From assembly GCF_009914755.1 (NCBI RefSeq), contig NC_060934.1: a DNA stretch of 64,000 bases. One strand, 5' to 3'. The DNA is from the human T2T-CHM13v2.0 reference genome, Homo sapiens. The translations under genes were made by a program, and so were the position numbers. Each line of letters begins with the position of its first letter. Positions within the stretch are counted from its first letter, which is position 1. The notes beneath the pieces were generated by a model, which ran no database searches, was not told where the DNA came from, and saw only the letters and a program-made list of their open reading frames with translations. Shown here one piece after another: positions 46,368-64,000 of this stretch.

Positions 46368-46820
46368 GGGAATGGGGGTGACGGGGAGATGATGGTCAAA
46401 GGGTACAAAGCCTCAATTAGAAGGAATAAGTTTCTTCGAGATAGATTGCACAGCATGGTGAATACAGTAAATAATAATAGATTATACATTTGGCCCAACA
46501 TGGTAGTTCATGCTTGTAATCCCAACACTGGAAGGCTGAGGTGGGAGGATCACTTGAGCTTAGGAGTTTGAAACCAGCCTGGCCAACATAGTGAGACCTC
46601 ATTTCTACAACAACAACAAAAAGTACTGCACATTTCAAAATCACTGAGTAAATTTCAGATGTTTTCACCAGAAAAAATGATAATTATTTGCAATTGTTTC
46701 CAGTGGTGAACAGGTTAATCAGCTTGACTTAATTATGCAATGTTGTATTCATAAATCATAAAATTACTTTGTACCTCATAAATATATATCTACAATTTGT
46801 CAATTTAAAAAATAAAAAAT
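46368..46820 (+). mobile_element. L1MA-type 3' end, interrupted by a monomeric Alu (about 46492-46620)
   Basis: GGGGAGATGATGGTCAAAGGGTACAAA...TTGCACAGCATGGTGAATACAGT...GTTAATCAGCTTGA...TTGTACCTCATAAATATATA. Confidence 0.75.
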
Positions 46821-47519
46821 TTAAAAAGAATTTCCAGTCAGATAAAGCCCACAGAAAAGGGAAAAAAAAACTGTAAATAATATTAAGATGAATCATTTGT
46901 ATCTTAAAAAAAAAAAAAAATTGAGTTGGGCGTGGGGGCATGTGCATGTAGTCGAAGATGCTCAGGAGGCTGGGGCAGGAGAGTCACTTGAGCCCAGGAG
47001 TTGCAGGCTGCAGTGAGCTACGCTCAGGTCACTGCACTAAACCCCAGCAACAGAGCCAGACCTTTCCTCAAAAAAAAAAAGAAAAAAGAAAAAAAAAATT
47101 GTTTAAACACTAAAATGTGCTTTTCAAATTATTCAAAATGCTTCTAAGTAATACCACATATTATTTAATGATAACTACACTAAGCCAGGGAAATGGTAAG
47201 GCGCTGTGCCCAGGCGACCCAGCCTGCACCATCCGCTTGCATGGAGGGGTGCTAATGCCACTCTCCTAGGATGGGTGTCACGACTGCGAGGAACATCGCA
47301 CATGGGGAATCTGGCACGGTGCCCTGCAAGTGGTCAAACAGGCAAATCTCAACTATTACCACTGCTATAACAAGTATTACAAAGTAATGGCATGTAACAA
47401 AGCAATTAAAAAGTCTAAACTGACAGGAGTTTGAAAAAATGACTTAATAAACCTTGGTTTCATTACTTCTACATAAATTCACAGGAAATAGTAAAACAAT
47501 GTATTAATTAAGAACTAGT

Positions 47520-49605
47520 GCTCTCCCTCTCCCTCCCCCTCCCCCTCCCCCTCTCCCTCCCCCTCTCCCTCTCCCTCTCCCCACGGTCTCCCTCTCCCCA
47601 CGGTCTCCCTCTGATGCCGAGCGGAAGCTGGACTGTACTGCTGCCATCTTAGCTCACTGCAACCTCCCTGCCTGATTCTCCTGCCTCAGCCTGCCGAGTG
47701 CCTGCGATTGCAGGCGCGCGCCGCCACGCCTGACTGGTTTTCGTATTTTTTTGGTGGAGACGGGATTTCGCTGTGTTGGCCGGGCTGGTCTCCAGCTCCT
47801 AACCGCGAGTGATCCGCCAGCCTAGGCCTCCGGAGGTGCCAGGATTGCAGACGGTGTCTGGTTCACTCAGTGCTCAATGGTGCCCAGGCTGGAGTGCAGT
47901 GGCGTGATCTCGGCTCGCTACAACCTCCACCTCCCAGCCGCCTGCCTTGGCCTCCCAAAGTGCCCAGAGTGCAGCCTCTGCCCAGCCGCCACCCCGTCTA
48001 GGAAGTGAGGAGTGTCTCTGCCTGGCCGCCCATCGTCTGAGATGTGAGGAGCCCCTCTGCCTGGCTGCCCAGTCTGGAAAGTGAGGAGCGTCTCTGCCCT
48101 GCCGCCATCCCATCTAGGAAGTGAGGAGCGCCTCTTCCCAGCCGCCATCCCATCTAGGAAGTGAGGAGCGTCTCTGCCCGGCCGCCCATCGTCTGCGATG
48201 TGGGGAGCGCCTTTGCCCCGCCGCCCCGTCTGGGATGTGAGGAGCGCCTCTGCCCGGCCGCGACCCCGTCTGGGAGGTGAGGAGCGTCTCTGCCCAGCCG
48301 CCCCATCTGAGAAGGGAGGAGACCCTCTGCCCGGCAACCGCCCCGTCTGAGAAGTGAGGAGCCCCTCCGCCTGGCAGCCGCCCCGTCTGAGGAGTGAGGA
48401 GCCCCTCCGCCTGGCAGCCACCCCATCTGGGAAGTGAGGAGCCTCTCCGCCCGGCAGCCGACCTGTCCGGGAGGGAGGTGGGGGGGTCAGCCCCCCGCCC
48501 GGCCAGCCGCCCCGTCCGGGAGGTGAGGGGCGCCTCTGCCCAGCCGCCCCTACTGGGAAGTGAGGAGCCCCTCTGCCCAGCCAGCCGCTCCGAGAGGGAG
48601 GTGGGGGGGTCAGCCCCCCGCCCGGCCAGCCGCCCCGTCCGGGAGGGAGGTGGGGGGTCAGCCCCCCGCCCGGCCAGCCGCCCCGTCCGGGAGGGAGGTG
48701 GGGGGGTCAGCCCCCCGCCCGGCCAGCCGCCTCTTCCGGGAGGTGAGGGGGCGCCTCTGCCCGGCCGCCCCTACTGGGAAGTGAGGAGTCCCTCTGCCCG
48801 GCCAGCCGCCCCGTCCAGGAGGGAGGTGGGGGGGTCAGCCCCCCGCCCGGCCAGCCGCCTCTTCTGGGAGGTGAGGGGGCGCCTCTGCCTGGCTGCCCCT
48901 ACTGGGAAGTGAGGAGCCCCTCTGCCCGGCCAGCCACCCCGTCCGGGAGGGAGGTGGGGGGGTCAGCCCCCCACCCAGCCAGCCGCCCTGTCCGGGAGGT
49001 GAGGGGCGCCTCTGCCCGGCCGCCCCTACTGGGAAGTGAGGAGCCCCTCTGCCCAGCCACCACCCCATCTGGGAGGTGTGCCCAACAGCTCACTGAGAAC
49101 GGGCCATGATGACAATGGTGGTTTTGTGGAATAGAAAGCGGGGAAAGGTGGGGAAAAGATTGAGAAATCGGATGGTTGCCGTGTCTGTGTGGAAAGAAGT
49201 AGACATGGGAGACTTTTCATTTTGTTCTGTACTAAGAAAAATTCTTCTGCCTTGGGATCCTGTTGATCTGTGACCTTACCCCGCAACCCTGTGCTCTCTG
49301 TAACATGTGCTGTGTCCACTCAGGGTTAAATGGATTAAGGGCAGTGCAAGATGTGCTTTGTTAAACAGATGCTTGAAGGCAGCATGCTCGTTAAGAGTCA
49401 TCACCACTCCCTAATCTCAAGTACCCAGGGACACAAACACTGCGGAAGGCCTCAGGGTCCTCTGCCTAGGAAAACCAGAGACCTTTGTTCACTTGTTTAT
49501 CTGCTGACCTTCCCTCCACTATTGTCCTATGACCCTGCCAAATCCCCCTCTGTGAGAAACACCCAAGAATGATCAATACAAAAAAAAAAAAAAAAAGAAA
49601 AAAAA
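47520..49605 (+). mobile_element. Full-length SVA retrotransposon (probably SVA_D-like), antisense to GLUD1 in intron 1
   Basis: (CCCTCT)n hexamer head, Alu-like domain, GC-rich VNTR (about 47970-49075), SINE-R and A-tail; TSD AAGAACTAGT at 47510-47519 and 49606-49615. Confidence 0.96.
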
Positions 49606-50566
49606 AAGAACTAGTATTTCTTCTCCCACACATAAATCACTTTTTCCATTGCTCTTTTAGAGCCTGTGGAAGTCATCACCACATTATTTTTAATTTTCCT
49701 TGCTTTCTTAAGTGGAGGAAATGTTACTTTCTTTTAACTTAGAAACTTAAAAATTTTAACTTGCATTTAGTGGGGAGCTAAAAACTGCTGGAACCAATGA
49801 TATTCATAAATCAAACAGAAGCATTCAAATGGCAAGCCTAATATTCTAGAAATAGATGTTATTAAAAATTAGAAACCAGACCCCTCCTTCCACACAAGTG
49901 TAAACAAAATGTCCATTTTATCATAAGTCATGGAATGACATGAGTCAGAAACTGTGTGTGTATAACAAAAGACATGTTCCGCTGGATGGAACCCAGGAAT
50001 TCTTGTTTGTAAAGTTAAGTTTTCTTTCCCAGCTACACCCATTTAGAGAGCTCAACTGCTAAACAGTGAAGAGAAGCAGTTTCACAAATTACCTCTCACA
50101 CCACAGGCATTTTCTGTAGGCTATGAACCAATAAAGGTTTAGTGAATGGAAGCACAGGAGGAGCTATAAAGAAAGTACCAGCTTAGTGGAAGAAGCCCCA
50201 GAGCCAACAGAACAGGGACAGGGAGGGGATAGAAATGAATGCAAGTGATATTGCCTGGGCTAAAGAAGAAACATTTTCATTTTAAATTTCTAGTTAACCA
50301 GTGATTCATACATGTTTTTAATTCTAGAAATTGGCAAATATTGAGTACTGGGCTACCTAAACTGGTAGTCTGAAAAACAAAAAATTTTAAAGTGCACCCA
50401 TTAATAAAATACTCTGCAGCAATACTTGAGACAAAACAATCTCCAATAAGACACAATGTACCCACACACAGAAGAAGCCAGTTACTCTTCCTTCTCTGGG
50501 TTTGGAAACCAAAGATAACTATCAAAAATATACTGTCACCTGAAAATAAGTCTTAACTACATTCTA

Positions 50567-55776
<5,210 letters not shown>

Positions 55777-56914
55777 CTACTGCAACAACACATGATTTAC
55801 TTTGTTTTGTTTTTTTTTTTGTCATTTATTGACTGGTTCTAGGAAAGGAAAATGTAGAAATGGAATACTGAGCTTATAGCAAAACAAAAAAGACATAGGG
55901 TACAAAGGAGATTTGAATCTGCTCTACTTGGGAGAAATCAATGAAAAAAAATATTCCAAGAAATAAAAAAATTCAACTTTGTTTTTTTAAAAGAACCCTC
56001 TGCATAAAGTTCAGAGATCTTGCCTGCAGGAACAAAAAACACATAATAGAAAAATTGATTTACTTAGAATATAGACTATAGTTCATAATAAAAGCAGTCC
56101 TTATTTGGTAAACCTTCAATACGAGTACATCACCCTTGGTTATTTCTTTGCTCTTTCTCTCTTGGCATAAAAGAAAAAAAAAATTCATGCAAAATCCTAC
56201 TAAGGCCCAATATGTACAAAATATCTTTTAAAAGTCCTATGTTGATATATTTGTGATAATGACAAACGATAAAAGAAGTCATACTACTGACAACCTTTGA
56301 AATTTTCATTTGTCATCTTTCACATTTTCCTCTAGCCTAGAAGCAAATCAGAAGAATTACGTCTGATAGACTTTCTCCAAGAATAATAATCAAGAGAAAT
56401 AGCAATTCATAATAAACAAAGCATTTTCTTAGTTTTTAATGAAGAAAACTAAGAAAGTAATTTCAAAATTATTCAATAGAAAATCTTTAAAGATAAATGG
56501 ACTACACACTGGTAGAGAAATGAGTTGTTCTGGCTAACACATTAATCTCTTAAACACCAAAGTCTTCAAACCTCTTTTGATGGAAAACTGTTTAAAATGT
56601 TATTTCAGGTCTTCGGAGTTGGGTGTAGGGGAAAAAGGTTATTTCATTTCCTTAGCAATTAGAATAAATGGACCTCTAGAGATATCATCTATGCTGAGTT
56701 TTATATGCAAAGCTGTTTGAATATGTATTTTTCTAGGAAGAAGGTAGGTCTTCTAATAGCTTTTAACAGAAATTTCAAAGGTATCTATGATCCAAAGTAT
56801 TAGGAAGCATTGTGTCAATGGCATGAAGTGGTTCTCAATCAGCGCTTACAATTAAAAGCCTAAGATACAATTTGTAACTTTTTGCATAAATAAATCCCAG
56901 ACAACAATGATTAA

Positions 56915-57180
56915 GGTGGGTGCTGGAATCAGATGCCCAGAATCTGAACCTCAACTCCACTACGTACTAGCTGTGTCACCCTGCCAAAGGACACTTCACT
57001 CCTCAACCTTAGTAGCCACATTTGGAAATCAGGGACAACAGTGTATTGCATGAGGCATAAAAGCAATGATACATGAAAAGTTCTTACATGCATTGTTGCT
57101 ATAAGGCATAGAACTGATGATGCATGAAAAGTTCTTAATAAAATGCCTGGCACACACAGAGCTGAATAAATGTTAGCCTT
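56915..57180 (+). mobile_element. MIR with an internal ~50-bp tandem duplication
   Basis: MIR core (ACTAGCTGTGTCACC...TGCCTGGCACA...AATAAATGTTAGC); CATGAAAAGTTCTTA occurs twice. Confidence 0.7.
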
Positions 57181-60100
57181 TGCTAATATCTGACCTTGGT
57201 GAAGGCAGTTGACCTCAAGTGAAGGCAGAATGTGTGTGGCTGCAGAATCTTCTAGGTGTAGTTGCCTTTTTGTAAAGATAATCGGAAGGTCTTGAGTAGC
57301 TCCTTCTCCTAGTTTGTCTTCTTGTCCTTAATAAAGCCTTTCCTGCCTTTAACAGTAGTATTTCACATATTAACAATTCCGACTTGATAGTGAACACTTG
57401 AATCTGTATTAATTTCTGCCTCTGGAAAGGGGAAAATATTGATTCATTTGAATAACTAGTCAGTTTTAGACAGCGGCATTAGATTTAAGACTGTTCATGG
57501 TTATATTGGGGGAAGGACTTGGGGTAGAGCTGCTTCACTTTTCATTTTGTAACTTTCGTTACTATTTGATTATGTGAATCATGCATGTGTATTTTATGGG
57601 TTGCTGAGTACAAAATTTATGGGCTATTTATGAATCAATGTGCTCTAAAGTGATACTAGAGATTTTTCTCTTTATTACTTACATTGTAAAAGCCTAATTA
57701 TTGGGTAAAATAAATAGAAAAGAAGAACAGTCACGTGGCAGAGACTAGTGTCTAGGATTTTTTCAACATCTACAGGTTAGTATTTTAGTTTTTAATGGTT
57801 ACAGAACCCTTAGTATTTTTAACATAAGTAAATAAAAACCGATTTTCCTAAGCACTCTGAATTATTAACAGCGGTAAACCTAATTTCTTCCCACTATATG
57901 CCAAAAGTTCAGGCTCAATTTTTATTTCTTGTACTTAAACACTACAAGTTGTACTGAACTTTAATATATATTGGTGCTTAGGATCCAATTTTTGATGCCC
58001 TAATTCTTACAAAGTATACTTTGGATAATGAGTGAGCAGCTGTTTGTCTTCCTGCACGTGGGGCTTTACTGCCAAAAGCAAACTTGCTAAATGGATTCAT
58101 ACACGCAAGTGACAGAAAGACTGAAATCTGATGTACAGATCACTACCATTACCAAGCGTCTTCATTTTCTAGTATACTTTGGGAGAAAAGACGCATTTGG
58201 CTTCCATGAAATAAAAAGGCATAAGGGCAACACATTTCCGTATTTAAATAAGATGTATTAAAAACAACAACCTCGGGGCTAAGTGCTTTTAAAAGACACA
58301 CAAATTACCTATCCTCTGACTGAACTTTCAGAAAAGTCCTAAATTAAATTCACCTACAAAGGTTATATTTTATCTGTGGCAGCAGATGCAGACACACAGC
58401 CACTTAAAAATATTAGAAACTGTGAGTTTATTAAAAGTTACCTAAGTTTTGATGGTTGTCAATTGAGCACAGCAAAATAAGTCAGAAACATTTTTTCCCC
58501 CAGTGAAGGCAGAGAAATATCTCATTTTAAATCAGTATCAGTGCTTTCTATAGTCTTCCCTTAAGCGCTAAACAATGACATCCCAGAGGCTGAGGGCGTC
58601 TTTAACACTGCATTGACTCCGGTCTTCCCTTGCATTATGTCATCAAGATTCCACTGTTTCCTTCTGGCATTTTGACTTTTAAAAACTAGTTACTGGATTA
58701 ATATAGGGTACACTTTTTTGGGTACTAATATTTGTAATTAAAAGACTTAGGGTCAATGTATGAGAGAACTCCATCTACGGTCCATCAACTATATGTAAAT
58801 TATGATAATTTTAGAAAATTTTATGATAGTAGCATCAGTGATAGGGAATTTTAATAGTTTTAATATCAAGACAACTGGGGGGGGGCAGACTGGAAGAGAA
58901 AGTTAATTGACTCCTACCATCAATAAATTGCTATTATCAATCTGTACTTTCCCTCCAAACTGACTTTAAAACAATAAACTTCCTTCTAAAAAGGTAGACT
59001 GGTCTCAGGCAGAACCATAGCAAATGAAATACAGATAATTTACTCTGGGAAAGTTAATAGAACAATCTTTGATAATATTTCCAAACCCACCAGAACTTTT
59101 GAACCAGTCTTCTCAAATCAGTCGCATATTCTCACACTATGCCCCTTTGCTGGAAATATTTTTAAGGCCTCACTTAAACTTCCCTTCAGATCCTTTAGCT
59201 TACCCTTTCAAATCCTTAACACAGACAAATCTAACGGCCTCAGGTACATGTAGTAACTGGGAAAAGAAAAGCACAAAAACAGTGTGTATTATTAAATATT
59301 TACTTGGAAAAAGTACACATCAGCCACCAAGTCTTATAACCATCTGTTTCCCTTAGAGATTATTGCTAGATTGTTGCTTTGCTTCAACCTCAAGAATTTT
59401 AATTTAGAAAACTCAGGGATAAGGTTGTTCTTGAGGGAAAATGAGATACAGAAAGCTGAAGGTTGGTAAAAGGGTGGAGAGAGGCAGATGAGGTTTTTTT
59501 TTTTGGCAAAGAACCAATGGGAGAGAAGACAGGTTAGTGGGGAGAGGTAAGAAGAACGTGTTAAAATATGTTTAAGAGGGAAAGACAGAATTTCATAGGG
59601 ATTATCCAAAGCATTTAAAAAAATCTCAATCACCTAATATATTCTGTGTTTCTAAGACTAGAGTGGGACTACAAAGGTTAACAATTTCTTAGACGTTAAA
59701 AAAGCTTTAAGAAAGAAGACCTGTCTCTCTTACAATGCACATTCTCTGCAAACAAGGGTGATAAATGGGTAGATAGATCTGGGGATGTCTTGAACACAAA
59801 GCATGGAAGGCTATAGTACCCAAATTTTGCTGATCATCTGTTTAGTATACTGTTTATTAAGCAAACTAAAATATTTAAGGGCTTTCATAGCTATGTAATC
59901 TTCCCCAATCCAGAAAGCCTTTCAAATTCCTGAAGATAATAAATTTGTCACTTTGTAGAGGCCAATTTTCTTTGATGTTCTATCAATGCTTGCAACAGTT
60001 TACTAGTAACAATTCAGTTTCTCCCTGTTTATATGCTGGGGGTTAATAGCATGTTTTTTTGTAAATGGGATAAACGGAACAGAAAATTGTATCTTACACT

Positions 60101-61565
60101 CTAGTACAAGCAAGTGCTACAGTAACAGTGCTTTGGTATGGCTGACCCAATTTGTTGCTAGGTTCAATATTTTGGCATTAAAACTGCTGTGGCAACAAGA
60201 GAAAGAGGACTCACAAACTATGGTAAACGAGTTGCTTCAGTGAGTTTGCGGAGCTGCGACTTATAAAAACAGGAGAGAGCTGGGCATCTGAAGAATCGAA
60301 GAAAAAGGATTTCAGAGACCAAATCATCCTGCAGAAAACCACATACACTGATTTATCTGTACACCTTTTAAAGGACTGGCAAATGCTGCCAGCAAGATAG
60401 TAAAAAATAAACTTGATGTCCGTTTTAAGAAAACGATGCAACTCAATATTTGCTAAACATTGCCTGAACTTCCTCCAACATCCTTATTTGCCTTTCTTTG
60501 GAGTCTGAACTTGTTTTCCTGGTTTGGATAATAAGGGAGTGGTAGGAAGAAGGCAGGCAAATGTAGGAGACTGACGGTGTGTACATTTTATACAATTTTG
60601 AAGCTAGAAAGGAAATCAGAGGTCAAAGTGGTTCAAACATTGGTTTTGGCTGAGGCAACCAGAGCTAGGGGATAATTAAGCTCCAAAGTTAAGTCCTAGA
60701 AGTGGGCGGGGTCAATGCAAATTTAGTAAATCTTTAAAAACAACCTTTGTCCCCCCTGCTGGGAACACCAGCACCGCTCAAGTTTTTTCCGGTACAGAGA
60801 GGATTTCTAAAAATCCTCATAAGTCAGCGGGCATAACTGAAAGACCACAGAACCAGGTTTACTGAGACATGGGTCTAGCCCAACATCCTCTGTGCTTCTC
60901 AGCCAATCCACCTCCAACAAGACTCCTCGCCTCCCTGGGCTCTTTATTCCATATAATTTTTCTTTTTTACAGTAGACAAAAGTGGTTTGTCCTTTCCATT
61001 TTATGTTACTAAAGAGGTATGATGCAATGTATTGGGGGGAAAAAAGCTCTTATTTGCTCGAAGAAAGCAATCTGACTACAGAGGCCAAATCTACAGACAT
61101 TAAATGATTTAAACCACAGGATAACCCAGTGACTACCAAACATTATCTGACCCCTTTCTTCACGTACTATATTTTTCCTGAAGCTCAAATTCAGGGCTAG
61201 CCAGGACCAGTACACACCCCCAGAGCTATTTCATTCCATTGGCTGGCTGGCCATCCGCAGCCTACAACCTGTAAATTTACTGTCAGGACGCCAGGTGTTT
61301 ATTTGTCAGAGATATTACATTGCTTGTGATTTTTTTGTGTTTTTCCTTTTTTTTGGTATAAAACAGAACTTGTCAGAATGGGAAAATTACTTAATTGAAA
61401 CGATTAACGCGTGATTAGTAAATTCCTTTGGTTAATAAAACTGTCTAGATTTCAAACTTAGAAGCCAAGTCATTTTCTATGTTCGGATATCATCTGTCAC
61501 TATTGGAACAGGAGTGAACAAATACCAGAAAATAATTTGACAGCTTGCATTTAGGGGAGACTCAC

Positions 61566-61611
61566 AAAAGCCCAAGAACACTGACGAGGCATTATCACAC
61601 GGGCAGGTCAT
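61566..61611 (-). CDS. GLUD1: Candidate alternative first coding exon of GLUD1: MTCPCDNASSVFLGF(C), in phase with exon 2
   Basis: ATG at 61611, 46 nt, GTGAGT donor at 61565-61560; phase 1 like canonical exon 1. Confidence 0.6.
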
Positions 61612-61790
61612 TCCCTTTCCTAGAAGTGCATTTCGGCAGGACCCGCCGTGTGTGACACAGACACCGGGACCAAAAGGAGACCGGTGCAGCGTCTACTCTG
61701 CATGCAAGATCAGCATATACAGAGGCCCGGGGTGACGGCGCGGGGGAGGGGGCAGGCCAATCGCATGATGATTTTAAGGCGGAAAAATCA

Positions 61791-62453
<663 letters not shown>

Positions 62454-62499
62454 TCAGACTCCCCGCGACTAGGGAGGAAGGGTCCCGCGCGGGTTGCCC

Positions 62500-62505
62500 T
62501 TTTAA
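62500..62505 (-). promoter_or_regulatory. GLUD1: TATA-like TTAAAA upstream of GLUD1
   Basis: Isolated A/T hexamer (GCGGCTTAAAAGGGC) in GC-rich DNA about 100 nt upstream of the ATG. Confidence 0.65.
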
Positions 62506-62793
62506 GCCGCAGCTTCCTGCTTGCCCGGCTGTCCCCTCCCCTCGGGCGCTCGCCACCTAACGGGGAGGACGGACTTCGGGGACAGGGCGCCGCCCAGGGC
62601 GCCGGGCCTCCGCCTCCGCCGCGGCCTCCCCGGGCCTCGCTGGCGGCAGCGCGCGCCGGCGGGGCGTCGGGGGCGCGCAGGCGCGGGCGGGCTCGGCGCG
62701 CACGCTCGCGCGCCAGTGGGGAAGGGAGGGGAGGGGAGAGGAAGGGCGGGGAGGAGAGTGGAGGGGAACGGACGGGAGGGGCAGGGAGGGGAA

Positions 62794-62826
62794 GGTCGGG
62801 GCGGGTCGGGGCGGGTCGGGGCGGGC
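62794..62826 (+). promoter_or_regulatory. Three tandem 10-bp repeats GGTCGGGGCG (Sp/KLF GC boxes)
   Basis: Directly visible, with helical-turn periodicity. Confidence 0.8.
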
Positions 62827-62829
62827 CCA

Positions 62830-62881
62830 CGGGCGGCCGGATTTGCCCGGAGGCCGCACCCGCCTCCGGCGGGGCTCTCAG
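62830..62881 (+). other. SHLD2: Non-coding first exon of the divergent gene SHLD2 (FAM35A); start approximate
   Basis: Strong CAG|GTATGT donor at 62881/62882 just downstream of the GC boxes. Identity comes from the known head-to-head arrangement with GLUD1, not from coding sequence in this window. Confidence 0.65.
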
Positions 62882-63416
62882 GTATGTGCGCCGCGGGGGT
62901 CCCTCAGGGGGGTTGGGGGTAGCCCAGGGAGGTCGGGGTCGGGGGCTGGCCTCTGTAGGGCGCTCAGAGGCCGAGTCCCCCCGAGCGCCGCGTGGGTGAG
63001 GCTTGGCGGTCTGGTCGGGGACCGGGTCATGTGAGTCACGGGCGCCCCTCCTTTCCGCCCGCGCGCCCTCGGAACGGGCGGCCCACCCTGGCCTGTCCTC
63101 TGGCGGCCTCAGGCCGGGGCCGGGCGTGCAGGGGCTGACACGTGGGCAGGAAAGCGAGGCAGAGCCGCCGCCGCGTAAGGCCGGGCTGAGGGCTCGGCGT
63201 CACCAGCCAGGGCTGCAGAGAGCGGCGTGGCACCCGGAGTTGGATTATGCGTGGCTGGCGTGAGCTGGAAGGGAGTCACTCGCCCACAAGCTCTCACCAC
63301 GCGAGCTTTTATTGTCCCGTTCAACTGCTCCGCAGTGTGGAGATCGCATAGTTACGCACGTCGTGGTTGTGTCGCCCCACAGTACTGACTGCTTCACCTT
63401 TGCAGACAGAGGCTCC

Positions 63417-63977
63417 GGCCCGGCGCGGTGGCTCACGCCTTTAGTCCTAGCACTTTGGGAGGTCGAGGCTGGAGGATGGCTTGAGCCCAGGAGTTCGAGG
63501 CTGCAGTGAGCTACGATAGCTCCACTGCACCCCAGCCTGGGCAACAGAGGGAGACCCTATCTCCCTCTGAAATAGTCTAAAATAAGGAAACTAGAAATGC
63601 GATAATGCCCCCAGGAAATTCTTTCTCAGGAATATATGTATTTGTTAAATGGTTCAGTATATGATTTATTTTTTATTTTATTTATTTATTTGAGATGGAA
63701 TCTTGCTCTGTCGCCCAGGCGGGAGTGTAGTGGCACCATCTCGGCTCACTGCAGCTTCCACCTCCCTGGGTTCGTTCTAGCGATTCTCCTGCCTCAGCCT
63801 CGGGGTAGCTGGGATTACAGGCCCGCGCCACCACGCCCGGCTAATTTTTGCATTTTTAGTAGAGACGGGGTTTCGCTGTGCTGGCCAGGCTGGTCTCCAA
63901 CGCCTGACCTCAAGTGATCCGCCCGCCTAGGCCTCCCAGAATGCTGGGATTACAGACGTGAGCCACCGCGCCTGGCC
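63417..63977. mobile_element. Alus: internally deleted 63417-63562 (+) and 63680-63977 (-)
   Basis: Alu motifs; CAGTATATGATTTA repeated around the second. Confidence 0.85.
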
Positions 63978-64000
63978 TCAGTATATGATTTATAAGCTTT

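Noticed and set aside
47874-49572. Repetitive ORFs and a repeat-spacer-like pattern resembling an array
   Set aside because: This is the SVA VNTR/SINE-R; not CRISPR and not a gene.

Overview
Primate (sequence matches human) genomic DNA containing the complete, intron-containing GLUD1 gene (mitochondrial glutamate dehydrogenase 1) on the minus strand. It has 13 coding exons, all with GT-AG junctions, totalling 1677 nt (558 aa + TAG). The ATG is at 62402, the stop at 19387-19389, and the 3' UTR runs to about 17.8-18.1 kb. A CpG-island promoter is shared head-to-head with a plus-strand gene whose non-coding exon 1 ends at a CAG|GTATGT donor at 62881 (SHLD2/FAM35A by known synteny). The left 17 kb is almost pure mobile-element debris: a MER4-type 5' LTR with a tRNA-Arg primer-binding site, a 5'-intact but 3'-truncated old primate L1, two LTR2 solo LTRs in inverted orientation, MER30, MER20, a U6 retrocopy and many Alus. 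The introns hold roughly 35 more Alus, a full-length SVA with target-site duplication (TSD), and L2/MIR/MER21 remnants. I find no evidence for a new multi-gene system. The most notable local observations are: (i) a 3'-truncated U3 snoRNA retrocopy lying antisense inside the distal GLUD1 3' UTR; (ii) an in-frame alternative first exon in intron 1 that would remove the mitochondrial presequence; (iii) a ~66-69 bp inverted repeat enclosing a split, partly inverted Alu in intron 5; (iv) the inverted LTR2 pair; (v) candidate intronic poly(A), poison-exon and downstream-ORF features. Repeat subfamily names and boundaries are by eye and approximate.
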